Assembly: GCA_938038445.1 (NCBI GenBank) | Contig: CALHRZ010000019.1 | Coordinates: forward strand, 40,649 to 104,648 | Source of the DNA: an uncultured bacterium | GTDB lineage: Bacteria > Verrucomicrobiota > Kiritimatiellia > CAIKKV01 | Reading direction: 5' to 3' | Length of the DNA: 64,000 nucleotides | In this document: one piece after another, positions 42,416 to 51,525 of the stretch | Layout of the letters: each line of letters starts with the position of its first letter | Position numbering within the stretch: the stretch's first letter is position 1 | The notes under the pieces: model-generated | What the model was told of the DNA's origin: nothing | Seen by the model: the letters and a program-made list of their open reading frames with translations, nothing else | Database searches by the model: none | Made by a program: the position numbers and the translations under genes

Positions 42416-43567
42416 TTAATTTCGGGAGTGCGAAGGGGCGTGGGGGGACGGTGGGGAATGAGGAAGAAGAGGAGGGGAAAGAAAGTCCCGCAGCCGGACG
42501 CGGAGCGCATCGAGTCCTTCGCCGGTTGCGGCGGAGATGGAAACGGCCTCCGGAAATGCAGCGCGCAATGCAGGCAAAGCGTTTTGCGCTTCGGGGCGGT
42601 CGCATTTATTGAGCACGACGAGTTCGGGAACAGCGCGCGCCCCGATTTCCACGAGGGTTTCCCGGACGATCTGGGCGTGTTCCGCTACGAAGGGGTGGGA
42701 AGCGTCCGCCACATGCAGGAGGAGATCCGATTCGACCAATTCATCCAGAGTGGAACGGAAGCAGGCGACCAATCCGTGGGGAAGGTGGCGGATGAAGCCG
42801 ACCGTGTCGGTGAGGAGGACGAATCGGCCGTCTGGAAGCACCATACGGCGGGTTTTGGTGTCGAGTGTGGCGAAGAGGCGGTCATCCACGTAGGCATCGG
42901 CGCGGGCAAGGGCATTAAGGAGAGTGGACTTTCCGGCGTTGGTATAGCCCACGAGGCTGACGACCGGAATGTGGCGGTGGCGGCGGGTGACCTGACGGCG
43001 TTCCTGGATACGCGCCAGTTTTTCTTCCAGTTCGCGTATGCGGCGGCGCATGGGGGCGTTTCGAAGGGCGAGAGGGCTTTCCCCGGGGCCGCGCATCCCC
43101 GTTCCCCCTCCGAACCGGGGCTGTCGCTGGGAGACGGGAATTCGGGAGATGAGATAGCGGAGTTGGGCGAGTTCGACCTGAATTTGCGCTTCGGAAGACC
43201 GGGCGCGCCGGGCGAAAATCTGAAGAATCAATTCCGTCCGGTCTATCACGCGGATGCCCAACGCGAGGTCGAGGTTGTTGACCTGAATGGGTGAGAGGTC
43301 GTTGTCGAACACGACAAGGGTTGCGCCGGTTTGGCGGCAGGCGAGTTGGATTTCGGGCAGTTTGCCCGATCCGATAAAGTACTGGGGGGTAGGGCGATCC
43401 CGCCGTTGCGTGATGGCACCGACCACCTGAAGACCGGCGGTGTCTGCCAGACGCTCGAGTTCCGTGAGAGAGTCCTCCGCTTCTTCTCGTGTCTGCCGTC
43501 CGATTGCCGTTTGGACCAACAGCGCCTTTTCCCGCATAGCGGCACCCATTGCATGCAGGGTTGTCAT
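42416..43567 (-). CDS. hflX: GTPase HflX
   Basis: HflX N-domain (GSGKLPEIQ..., QVELAQLRY) plus the G domain GYTNAGKSTLLNAL, DTVGFI, LNKCD. ATG 43567 is preferred because the listed start overlaps the A2M gene by 41 nt. Confidence 0.92.
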   Translation of the reverse strand: MTTLHAMGAAMREKALLVQTAIGRQTREEAEDSLTELERLADTAGLQVVGAITQRRDRPTPQYFIGSGKLPEIQLACRQTGATLVVFDNDLSPIQVNNLDLALGIRVIDRTELILQIFARRARSSEAQIQVELAQLRYLISRIPVSQRQPRFGGGTGMRGPGESPLALRNAPMRRRIRELEEKLARIQERRQVTRRHRHIPVVSLVGYTNAGKSTLLNALARADAYVDDRLFATLDTKTRRMVLPDGRFVLLTDTVGFIRHLPHGLVACFRSTLDELVESDLLLHVADASHPFVAEHAQIVRETLVEIGARAVPELVVLNKCDRPEAQNALPALRAAFPEAVSISAATGEGLDALRVRLRDFLSPPLLPHSPPSPHAPSHSRN

Positions 43568-43598
43568 GTCTTTAGTGTAAGGGGGAGTGCCGGCGAGG

Positions 43599-46500
43599 TC
43601 AATCGCGGATGGAAACCTTGCGGGAACCGGAAAGGCCACTCAGTTCCGGCGCGTACATGCCGGTGATTCGCGCGGGAAGGAGGCCAAACCGGCCGGGAAT
43701 TTCAGCGCGCATTCGGTACCGAAAGGAGTGAAGTCCTCGGGGGACCGAGCGAATAAACAGGTTGATCCGGTCGTCACGGAATTCGATGTAAGGCCAAAGT
43801 GGGACGGGCAGATAGCCGCTTCGGACCTCGACCGGTTCGAATCCGCCCGCTTTCGGATCTTCCACCATTAGATATTCGTAGTCGTTTTTGCTTTCCAAAG
43901 TCAGTTCGATTTCCACGATATCGCCGATGCGCACCAGGTCCGATTCCCTCAGCTCCTCCCGTTTTTCGGTGGGCCGGGTGAGCGATACGGTTTGGCCGCG
44001 GGCATCGGGGACGTCCGAAACGCGGCTTTCGGAGACTATGCGGAAAAGGCGGCGGCGGAGACGGACTTCCAGCCCGGCTTCCGGAATGGGGTCTTCCAAC
44101 GTGAAATGGGTGAGGTAGGCATTGAAGTAAAGGGGGCCACGGCCGGTTCTCAGAATCTCCAGAGTATGAGGACCGTCCGAAAGCGCGGAACCCTCCACCC
44201 GGAGGGTATTGGGGATTAGGAAAAGATTGTCGGGAGTGACGCGGACGGGTCCATCGCCCCAAGGTTGCCCGTCGAGTCGAAATTCAACCGTCAGGTCAGG
44301 CTTGTCTTCGCCGGAGGCGGTCAGGTAATCGGCCAGCGCTTCAATGCAGAGGGCCGTGTCGCGGGTGGAACGCCAAGCGGAATGGTGTTTGCGATGATTC
44401 AGGAGGTATTTGACAAGGCGGGAAGCGAGGAGAGGGGCGGATTGCGAGCGGGTCAGAAGCTTGAGGAAAGCGGCATGAGATTCCATTTCGTCACCGTACC
44501 AGAGCCACCAGGGGTAGTCGGCATGATTCATCCGGAGCCAAGCGGTCTGATTCTCCTCGTCCTGTTCGACGTATTGGGCGATCTGATGGATCATTTCATC
44601 GCGCGGACCGGCGAGCCCTTCGCGGTCGAGGGCGAGGCCGAGAAGGGCGAGGCCATAGAGGGAGAGATCCGCGCGGTCGCGGAGGAGGAAATCGCGAAGC
44701 GCGTGATGGGACTGGCCCGTTTCTGTCAGAACGGCAAGCACCAGGGCGTCCAGATTGTCGGCTTTCGTTTTGAGAGGCTCCTTCTTTTCGAGCGCATTGT
44801 TCAGCCAGAGGGCTTGACGATCGGCGTATTGGACGAGCCAACGGACACCGCGATTGAGCACGGGAGGGTCCACGGGTGCGCCGGCCTCACGGGCCCGGGA
44901 AAGGCCATGGACGATTTGGGCGGTCAAATGGGGGCAGGATTCCCCTCTCCAGCCGGGAAACCAATTCCAGCCTCCGTCGCTGTTCTGCATGTCGGCCAGG
45001 CGGGCAAGGCCGGTTTGGATGATCTCCTTCAACTCCTCCTCGTCGAAAACGGGGTTATGGTCGAATCGTTTCCATCCCTGGGCCCGATGGGCCGGGTCCC
45101 CCAGCTCCTGGGGATTAAGATTGGCTCGCGTTTGTTTTAAGGCGGCAAGGTTTACGCCGGTCTGTTGAAGGACGCGTTGCACGATAACAGCGGGGACAAA
45201 CCGGTTCAGGGTTTGTTCCGTGCAACCGTGCGGGTATGTGATCAAATAGGGGAGTGCATCCACCAACGCGCCGGCCAAGGTGGGAGACCATCGAACGATC
45301 AGTTTCGTCTGCTCGGGGCGTCGTTCGTGTGGGACTGTTATTCCAAGACGCCCCTGTTCTTCGGGGGGTCGGAGGACACCGCTCCAGGATTCGGTTCGGA
45401 GGATGCCGTGCACGTGGACCGGGAAGCGCATCTGCATTGCATCCGATTCTTCGTCGGTCAACGCTTTCATGCGGACGATCGCTTCCCCTTCCTGCAAGGC
45501 GTGAACGCGCCAGTCCACCCGCGCTTCGCCTCCGGCGCCGACGGTCAGGCGACGGACGGAGGCATCGAGCGGGGCGAGGGTATTGCCTTCCAGTTCGAGA
45601 ATGGCCTGAACGGCTTTCAAGGTTGGGAGACGGTTGTGGATATTGGCGGAAAGGACGACCTCATCTTTTTCGACGAAAAAACGGGGTGCCTGGAGGCGCA
45701 GGAGGAATTTTTTATCCGTGGTGAAGGTGGTTTCGGCTTCCCCCACTCGAGCGCCGCGGCCGAACAGCCAGACACGGGCCTTCCACTCCCCGAGATTTTC
45801 GGGCATCGGAACGACGATCTCCGCTTCGCCGTTTTCATCGGTTTCCAGCGAACCTGCCCAGAGGGCGGTATCGGCGAATTCCGTCCGAACGGAGGCTTCG
45901 ACTGACCCCTCGAGAGAGTCCCCGTCGGGATTTGCGGCCTCTTCAAGAGAGTTCATTTCGCGAAAGGACGCGCGTTTTTCGCTGGGGGCCATAGCGGCAG
46001 TTGGCATACGGTCGGCGGCAAGGCCGGCCGTTGGGGCTCTGCGGGTTGCGCCCGGTGTGGGGGAAGGGACGAGAAAGGAATGATCGTCGGCGACGGTGCC
46101 TCCGAACAGGCCAATCGAGGCCATTGCGGCGGTTTTGGGAGGAACGACAGGGGGCTCTGTACGATCGGCGGAGGATCGGATATCGGGCCAATGATGGCGT
46201 TTCCATTTCCAAAAAACCGTTCGGATGTCGGGCACATTCGGTCCTCCGGAAACATATTCAACGGCGCGGTCATAGACCGTCAGTGCGAAGGCGGCTTGAA
46301 CAGGGCGGCCGTTCGATCCTGTTGTCTGGAGGCGTAGGCGGTTCGGTTGACCGGGTCTGACGGAGGCTTGTTCCGCGTGGAGGGCGACGTTCAGAATCCG
46401 TTCCTCTGGGGGGACGAGGAATTCACAATAATCCGTCCAAACGCGGCCGCGTTGAACGGATACGGCTTCGACGAAGAAGTTTGGGCGGTCACCGGGTGTG

Positions 46501-49500
46501 ACGGGGATCGTTCGGACCGCGGTTTTACCGGTGAGGCGGAGGGGTTCGGGTTGTGCGTATCGGCCATTTTGAGGTCGGAGGAAAAGCAGTACCGAGCCGT
46601 CGGGAATTTCGGACTGGATGAGGATGCGGGCGTCTGTGGCGGGGAGAACGATGGGTTGTTCGGGAATCAGGCGGAAAGCGGTGAAGTGGAATTCTTCGCG
46701 GGCGGGCGCTTCGCCGCGGATGGTGATTTCGGTGGTGTTCTCGACCGTGTGACCGCGTGTGTCGGTGATCGCGCATCTCACGCGATATTGACCCGGCTGA
46801 GCCGCGGAGAAAATGAGACGGTTCTCTCCATCTGCCGTTGCATCCTGCTCCCATTCTTCAATCGGCTGGAGGGAAACAGCGGCAGCGGAGGGGACCAAAC
46901 GGAGCAGGTGAATGCGGGCGGTGCCGGCAACTGCTTTGCCGTCGGCCCGTCGGGCGGTGTATTGGATCTCAATCGGATCCCCGGTCCGGTAGAAGCCGCG
47001 ATGGGGCCAGACGGAGACGTCGAAGGGTTTTCGCGCGGCGATGCATTGTCCGCGGCCGACGATGGTGCGGCGCGAGGCATCGGTCACTTCGGCGATGATT
47101 TCGTACCGGTGGTCGGTATTTCCAAACAGTTCGCGGTCTGGGGCGGTATCGAGAACGATTTCCAAAGCACCGTTGGGTCCGATGGGAAGACGGTTTTCTG
47201 CGACCAGTTCCGGAGGAGTTCTGGCGAACGGTTGCCAGGGCCGAACCGATTGAACGAAGCGTCCACGCAGGGTGTTCGGCGGAGGTTCGTCCGTGTAACG
47301 GCTGATCCAAGCAGCTCCGACGCCGTACAGCCAATCCCAGGGGGAAGGTGGATACCAGCGGGTGGTGTGGGAATAGCGGAAAATTTTGTAAGCGACGGTT
47401 CCTTCCTGGACGTCGGCACCGAAGTAATAGCGGGCCACAACGCGAATTTTGGTCGAATCGCCAAGCATTAGCGGTTCGTCGGGCGTTTCCACCCGCACCT
47501 CGAATTCCGGTTTTTTGTATTCTTCGAGGTGGAAATAGCCTGTGGTGGGATGGTCAGGGAACGCTATCGCATAGCGACCGAGCGTGGCATTGGAGGGAGA
47601 TATCCATTCCCCTTGGATGCCCCCCCAGGCATCGGCCGTTGCAAGCGTTTCGAGCACTTTTTCGCCGCGCGGATCATGGATCAGGATGTGGATTTGGCGT
47701 CCTGCGAAAGGCGAATGGGTTTCTGGCAGATCGTAGTGAACGGGGGAGAACCACGCTTTGAAATGAATGGTTTGGCCGGGTCGGTACACGGGGCGGTCGG
47801 TGATGACAATCCCGCGGGACTCCGAGAAGAAGCGGTCTTCGTTCCCCCGGGACCAGAAGCCGCTGAAGCCGAGAAAGGCGAACCGCCCTCTTTCATCCGA
47901 TGCGGTGAAAAGCCACTGCCAGGGGCCGAGCGAGTCTGGGGAGGTTCGAGAGAGAGTGGCGAGGCCGTTGCCATCGGTGCGGAGGGGGAGAGTATCCGTT
48001 TCGACTTGCGAGCGGCCCGAACGGCCGCCGGCTCCTTCGATCCAGCGGGTTCTGTAAGCGAACGCCTCGATGAAGGCATTTGGGATGGGTGTTCCGGTTT
48101 CTGCATCGGCCAGAAACAATAGGATGCCGTTGGTGAGCGGTTTCTGGACGAGGATTGTATCCTGAATCCAGAGAACGCCGTGGGTGGTGTTACCGTTTTC
48201 CATTTGGGCGGTGAGCCACCAGGCGCCGGGGGCGAGGGGGGGAGCCGTGACGGCAATGCGGCGGTCAAAATGGTTTGGAAGCGGTTCGAGATCGAGCGTC
48301 CATTCGGCGACAGGGGGTTGGAGGTAGCGTTGGCGGTCCGCCTCGATGAGGGTGTAACCGAGCGGCTCGATCTGAATTCGGCGCCAATCCAGTTCACGCG
48401 GCGCAGATTTTAAGTATTGGCGGACGTCATCCAGAAGCCGGCGGATATTCACGGATTGGGCCTGGAAGTGGACTTTCCGGCCGTTTCGGAATCGGAACGA
48501 AATGGAGGAGCGGCCGTCCTGGGGCTGGGACGGGAGGGGCTCCAATGTGCCCCAGTTACCGATTATTTGGTTTAAGCGGTTCTGTTTCCACTGGCTGTTT
48601 CCTGGACCGTATCTTTCGATGGACATTCGCCAGCATTCCGCGGCGGCAGTAAACTGGCGGCGATTCTCGTAAATTTCCGCAAGCATATTCCAGGCTTGTT
48701 CGCTTTCCTGCGGCCGAAGGGAAGCGCTTTCTGTCTCTGCCACCATCCGCCGGAGCAAGCGGATTGGGTTATGCTCCTCGGGGAGGGAGAACCGCCGGAT
48801 TCCGCTGGCAAGACGAGCGATGGTTTCATCGTCCGAGAGGGTGTGAAGGGTGAAGCGATTGGTTCTTTCCTCATCCAGTTCAGAAAGCGCATGGAAGCGG
48901 ATCATCCAATCGGCCAGCGTTTCCACACCGAATTGGCTGTGGACGAAGCGGGCCCACGTGAGGATTTGCCGGGGGGCGGTGGAAGGATCGAGGCGGGCGG
49001 CTTGATCGAGAAGAAACCGGACCCGTTCCCCGTCGTTCACGGCCTCCTCGAAACTTTTCGGAATGGCGTAGTAGAGGGGAAGGCCGTCGGGACCTACGGG
49101 AGCCCCGGAGGTGGAGGGGGGGCGATTCGGCTCTTCGCTCCATTCGGGGAGGGACGAAAGGTCTGTTTTGAGCTGGAGGGACCAGGAGAAGAGGGGGGAA
49201 AGGCGTCCCTCGAGGAGGGCGTCCGCGTAGTCGGCGAGGATTCGGGCAGTTTCCGGAGGAGAAAGGGAGCCAGGAGAGAGTTGTCGGGCTTGCTCCAATA
49301 GCTGGAGGGCGCGCCGCCTATCCCATTCCGTGGCGTCCACATACATGCCGCCCTCCCGGCGAGGTCCCCGATGAAAGCGGCCTTCGGCCAAAAACCCATA
49401 GTGCGGAAGATTCCGCCAGGCGCGGGCGATGGCGGCGAGAACGATGGGGGAGGTTGAATGCCGATCTGCGGCTTTTTCCAGGAACTCGTCGGCTTTGGAG

Positions 49501-49748
49501 AGCGTATTGAGGCGGCGGAGGCAATCGAGATGTTCCCGAATGGCTTGAAGGATTTTGGACGGGTCATGTTTGGCGGGAAATGGCGGGAGGGCGAACCATT
49601 CAAACGCAGCGGCCGCTTCGAGGAAACGGCCCTCCTTTTTCCATTGAAGGGCCTGGTCCCAGGAAGGGGTGGCTGGGGGAGTTTGTCTCAGCAGGAAAGG
49701 AAGGAAGGGAAGGAGCAACAATGGAAAGGAAATGAAACGCGATTTCAT
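43599..49748 (-). CDS. bacterial alpha-2-macroglobulin family protein with thioester motif (2049 aa)
   Basis: Thioester-type motif YPHGCTEQTLNRF. Repeated macroglobulin-like beta domains, and C-terminal receptor-binding-like segments. Signal peptide MKSRFISFPLLLLPFLPFLL from ATG 49748. A roughly 450-aa helical-repeat N-terminal extension. Confidence 0.9.
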   Translation of the reverse strand: MKSRFISFPLLLLPFLPFLLRQTPPATPSWDQALQWKKEGRFLEAAAAFEWFALPPFPAKHDPSKILQAIREHLDCLRRLNTLSKADEFLEKAADRHSTSPIVLAAIARAWRNLPHYGFLAEGRFHRGPRREGGMYVDATEWDRRRALQLLEQARQLSPGSLSPPETARILADYADALLEGRLSPLFSWSLQLKTDLSSLPEWSEEPNRPPSTSGAPVGPDGLPLYYAIPKSFEEAVNDGERVRFLLDQAARLDPSTAPRQILTWARFVHSQFGVETLADWMIRFHALSELDEERTNRFTLHTLSDDETIARLASGIRRFSLPEEHNPIRLLRRMVAETESASLRPQESEQAWNMLAEIYENRRQFTAAAECWRMSIERYGPGNSQWKQNRLNQIIGNWGTLEPLPSQPQDGRSSISFRFRNGRKVHFQAQSVNIRRLLDDVRQYLKSAPRELDWRRIQIEPLGYTLIEADRQRYLQPPVAEWTLDLEPLPNHFDRRIAVTAPPLAPGAWWLTAQMENGNTTHGVLWIQDTILVQKPLTNGILLFLADAETGTPIPNAFIEAFAYRTRWIEGAGGRSGRSQVETDTLPLRTDGNGLATLSRTSPDSLGPWQWLFTASDERGRFAFLGFSGFWSRGNEDRFFSESRGIVITDRPVYRPGQTIHFKAWFSPVHYDLPETHSPFAGRQIHILIHDPRGEKVLETLATADAWGGIQGEWISPSNATLGRYAIAFPDHPTTGYFHLEEYKKPEFEVRVETPDEPLMLGDSTKIRVVARYYFGADVQEGTVAYKIFRYSHTTRWYPPSPWDWLYGVGAAWISRYTDEPPPNTLRGRFVQSVRPWQPFARTPPELVAENRLPIGPNGALEIVLDTAPDRELFGNTDHRYEIIAEVTDASRRTIVGRGQCIAARKPFDVSVWPHRGFYRTGDPIEIQYTARRADGKAVAGTARIHLLRLVPSAAAVSLQPIEEWEQDATADGENRLIFSAAQPGQYRVRCAITDTRGHTVENTTEITIRGEAPAREEFHFTAFRLIPEQPIVLPATDARILIQSEIPDGSVLLFLRPQNGRYAQPEPLRLTGKTAVRTIPVTPGDRPNFFVEAVSVQRGRVWTDYCEFLVPPEERILNVALHAEQASVRPGQPNRLRLQTTGSNGRPVQAAFALTVYDRAVEYVSGGPNVPDIRTVFWKWKRHHWPDIRSSADRTEPPVVPPKTAAMASIGLFGGTVADDHSFLVPSPTPGATRRAPTAGLAADRMPTAAMAPSEKRASFREMNSLEEAANPDGDSLEGSVEASVRTEFADTALWAGSLETDENGEAEIVVPMPENLGEWKARVWLFGRGARVGEAETTFTTDKKFLLRLQAPRFFVEKDEVVLSANIHNRLPTLKAVQAILELEGNTLAPLDASVRRLTVGAGGEARVDWRVHALQEGEAIVRMKALTDEESDAMQMRFPVHVHGILRTESWSGVLRPPEEQGRLGITVPHERRPEQTKLIVRWSPTLAGALVDALPYLITYPHGCTEQTLNRFVPAVIVQRVLQQTGVNLAALKQTRANLNPQELGDPAHRAQGWKRFDHNPVFDEEELKEIIQTGLARLADMQNSDGGWNWFPGWRGESCPHLTAQIVHGLSRAREAGAPVDPPVLNRGVRWLVQYADRQALWLNNALEKKEPLKTKADNLDALVLAVLTETGQSHHALRDFLLRDRADLSLYGLALLGLALDREGLAGPRDEMIHQIAQYVEQDEENQTAWLRMNHADYPWWLWYGDEMESHAAFLKLLTRSQSAPLLASRLVKYLLNHRKHHSAWRSTRDTALCIEALADYLTASGEDKPDLTVEFRLDGQPWGDGPVRVTPDNLFLIPNTLRVEGSALSDGPHTLEILRTGRGPLYFNAYLTHFTLEDPIPEAGLEVRLRRRLFRIVSESRVSDVPDARGQTVSLTRPTEKREELRESDLVRIGDIVEIELTLESKNDYEYLMVEDPKAGGFEPVEVRSGYLPVPLWPYIEFRDDRINLFIRSVPRGLHSFRYRMRAEIPGRFGLLPARITGMYAPELSGLSGSRKVSIRD

Positions 49749-49787
49749 GGCGTGCCTTTCACTGTCCAAACGTTTGTCGGGTTTGGA

Positions 49788-50573
49788 TTATTCGCTAAAA
49801 GAAAAGTTTTCGCCGTTCCACCATTGTTTCATGCGGTGCAGGGCATGGACGAGGTAAGACCGGTCGGGGGCGAACGTTTCGATTGTGAGGGTGCCGTTAT
49901 AGTGAACATTCCGGAGCGCGGCAAGGGTTTTTGGCCAATCGAGCGTTCCGGTTCCGGGGGGAAGGTGTTGGTCTTCCCGGCCGTTGTTATCATGGGCGTG
50001 GAGATGGGTGAGGCGCGAGGAGAATCGGTGGATCCACTCCCACGGTTGACAATCGTTGAGATGGGCATGGCCGAGATCGAGGTGGCATTCGAGCTCCGGG
50101 AAGGCGTCGTAGAGGGGTTGGAGATGGTCGGGGGTGTCGAAGGGAGAGGCGGCGGGTTCCAGCATCAAGCGGACGCCGGCGTTTCGGGCAATGGGCAAGA
50201 GACGGGCAATCGATTCGGTCTGAAAGGCGATGCCTTCTTCCACGGAAAAAAGATGGGAAGGCCAGTGAGTGTGAAGAGTGGCTTTGGGGACGCCGATACG
50301 GGCGAACGTTTCGATGGCGGCAGTGGCAAATGCAATTCCGGCTTCGCGGAGGGAAGCCATGGGGGATCCGATGGGAAGGAACCAGGCCATGTGGCCGACC
50401 AGACCGATGCCGGCATGGCGGGCGGCTTCGCGGATGACCTTGGGATCGATCAGGTCGGGCATAGCGCGGTCGGGCTCGAGTGACAGGTCAAGGAAATCAA
50501 ACCCTTGACGGGCGGCCCAGGCGATTTCCTCTTCCGGAGGGCGTCTGGGGTTATTGGGCATTCCGAATTGCAT
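49788..50573 (-). CDS. sugar phosphate isomerase/epimerase (xylose-isomerase-like TIM barrel)
   Basis: 261 aa. Pattern ...GFDFLDLS...HAGIGLVGH...LMLEP...HLDLGHAHL...THLHAHDN is typical of AP-endonuclease-2/xylose-isomerase-like TIM proteins. Confidence 0.82.
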   Translation of the reverse strand: MQFGMPNNPRRPPEEEIAWAARQGFDFLDLSLEPDRAMPDLIDPKVIREAARHAGIGLVGHMAWFLPIGSPMASLREAGIAFATAAIETFARIGVPKATLHTHWPSHLFSVEEGIAFQTESIARLLPIARNAGVRLMLEPAASPFDTPDHLQPLYDAFPELECHLDLGHAHLNDCQPWEWIHRFSSRLTHLHAHDNNGREDQHLPPGTGTLDWPKTLAALRNVHYNGTLTIETFAPDRSYLVHALHRMKQWWNGENFSFSE

Positions 50574-50689
50574 GGGACCACGCTAACCAATGGCAGGGCG
50601 GAGGGCAATTCTAAAGTACATCCCCGCAACGGGAGGGAGCCAAGAGACAGACTGATGGCGGAGGAGGCTTGGACAAGGAGCAGGACAGT

Positions 50690-51132
50690 CTAGAGGCCGC
50701 CTTCCATCTTATTTCGAACTTTCCATTCGAGGAAAATCTCTATGCAAGGAATACGGAGCGGAATTCCCTTGTCAAGCGGCATAATTTTTCGGGAGGGACG
50801 TTGGCGCGTCGAAGGGTGTGTTCGTAGAAGAGCAGGGGGTTGATCCTCGACAACGCCCAAGACCTGGAGGTTTCCCACCGCTTGACGGTGCGGCTGATGC
50901 CGATCGCATCAGGATGAGTATTTTGAATGGGACAACAGAAGTCGAGAGGGAACCGGGACTTCCGTTCCTGGTTCCCGTGTGTTGGCTCTTCCCAGTGTGC
51001 GGGTCCCCCCCGAAGCAAGTTGCTTTTCGAGCAGCAAAGTCCGTACGCCACGCCTTTCCGCCGAGAGAGCGGCGGCGAAGCCGGCTCTACCGCCGCCGAT
51101 GGTGAGAAGGTCATACCGTTATTGAGGTTCAT
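50690..51132 (-). pseudogene. decayed N-terminal remnant of a FAD-dependent (DAO-family-like) oxidoreductase
   Basis: One minus frame (51115-50909) reads YDLLTIGGGRAGFAAALSAERRGVRTLLLEKQLASGGT, a GxGxxG FAD fold with an acidic end to beta-2. It has no start codon in frame (TAA two codons upstream), and the only ATG (51132) is in another frame. The reading frame breaks after 68 codons. Only about 540 nt are available before the next gene. Confidence 0.4.
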
Positions 51133-51334
51133 GTTTTCTTCGGCATAAAAGAGGTCCGATCTGTTTTTCGTATTTCATTCTTCGGGGAGGGGGAGAGATA
51201 ACGTTCGGAAGGAAACACAGCAAGAAATATTAACCTAAGGGAAGGGCATGCGCGGAAAGACGAATGTTGCGTCCTGACCGAATCGGAGGTTCTCCCTTCT
51301 CTGCGGGAGAACACCGGAATTCACGAATCGGAAG

Positions 51335-51359
51335 AATGTTGAATGTTGAGGTCTGACCC
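51335..51359. repeat. 25-nt motif AATGTTGAATGTTGAGGTCTGACCC, copy 2
   Basis: Identical to 26222-26246. A degenerate partial copy, GAATGTTGCGTCCTGACC, lies at 51262-51279. This copy is 35 nt upstream of the tRNA-His promoter -35 box. Confidence 0.6.
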
Positions 51360-51393
51360 TAAAAAGGGGGCCGCTTTTATTTTTTTCCTCCTG

Positions 51394-51422
51394 TTGATTT
51401 TAAAGCGGGCAAAGGGTATGAT
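51394..51422 (+). promoter_or_regulatory. sigma70-like promoter of tRNA-His (TTGATT - 17 nt - TATGAT)
   Basis: TTGATT at 51394-51399, a 17-nt spacer and TATGAT at 51417-51422. The mature tRNA 5-prime end is 20 nt downstream of the -10 box. Confidence 0.5.
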
Positions 51423-51441
51423 CGGCTTTGGTTTGAAACGC

Positions 51442-51519
51442 GGTGGATGTAGCTCAGTCGGTTAGAGCGTCAGACTGTGGATCTGAATGTCGGGGGTTCA
51501 AATCCCCTCATCCACCCCA
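51442..51519 (+). tRNA. tRNA-His (anticodon GTG) with encoded G-1 and encoded CCA
   Basis: Manual fold: G-1, acceptor GTGGATG/CATCCAC, D stem GCTC/GAGC, anticodon stem TCAGA/TCTGA with loop CTGTGGA, T arm GGGGG-TTCAAAT-CCCCT, discriminator C, then CCA. Confidence 0.95.
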
Positions 51520-51525
51520 GTCCGT

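Noticed and set aside
50948-50976. Hairpin GGGAACCGGGAC-TTCC-GTTCCTGGTTCCC; on the minus strand ...CCAGGAACGGAAGTCCCGG... with a GGAA loop, considered as an SRP (4.5S) RNA helix 8. The region was also checked for RNase P RNA (AAAGTCCG at about 51037)
   Set aside because: The flanks do not form the long terminal stem of 4.5S RNA, and the conserved GGUCAGGUCCGGAAGGAAGCAGCC-type string is not matched. The AAAGTCCG lacks the rest of the RNase P P4/CR-I context. The segment is better explained as part of the decayed FAD-oxidoreductase reading frames. An Infernal scan would settle it.
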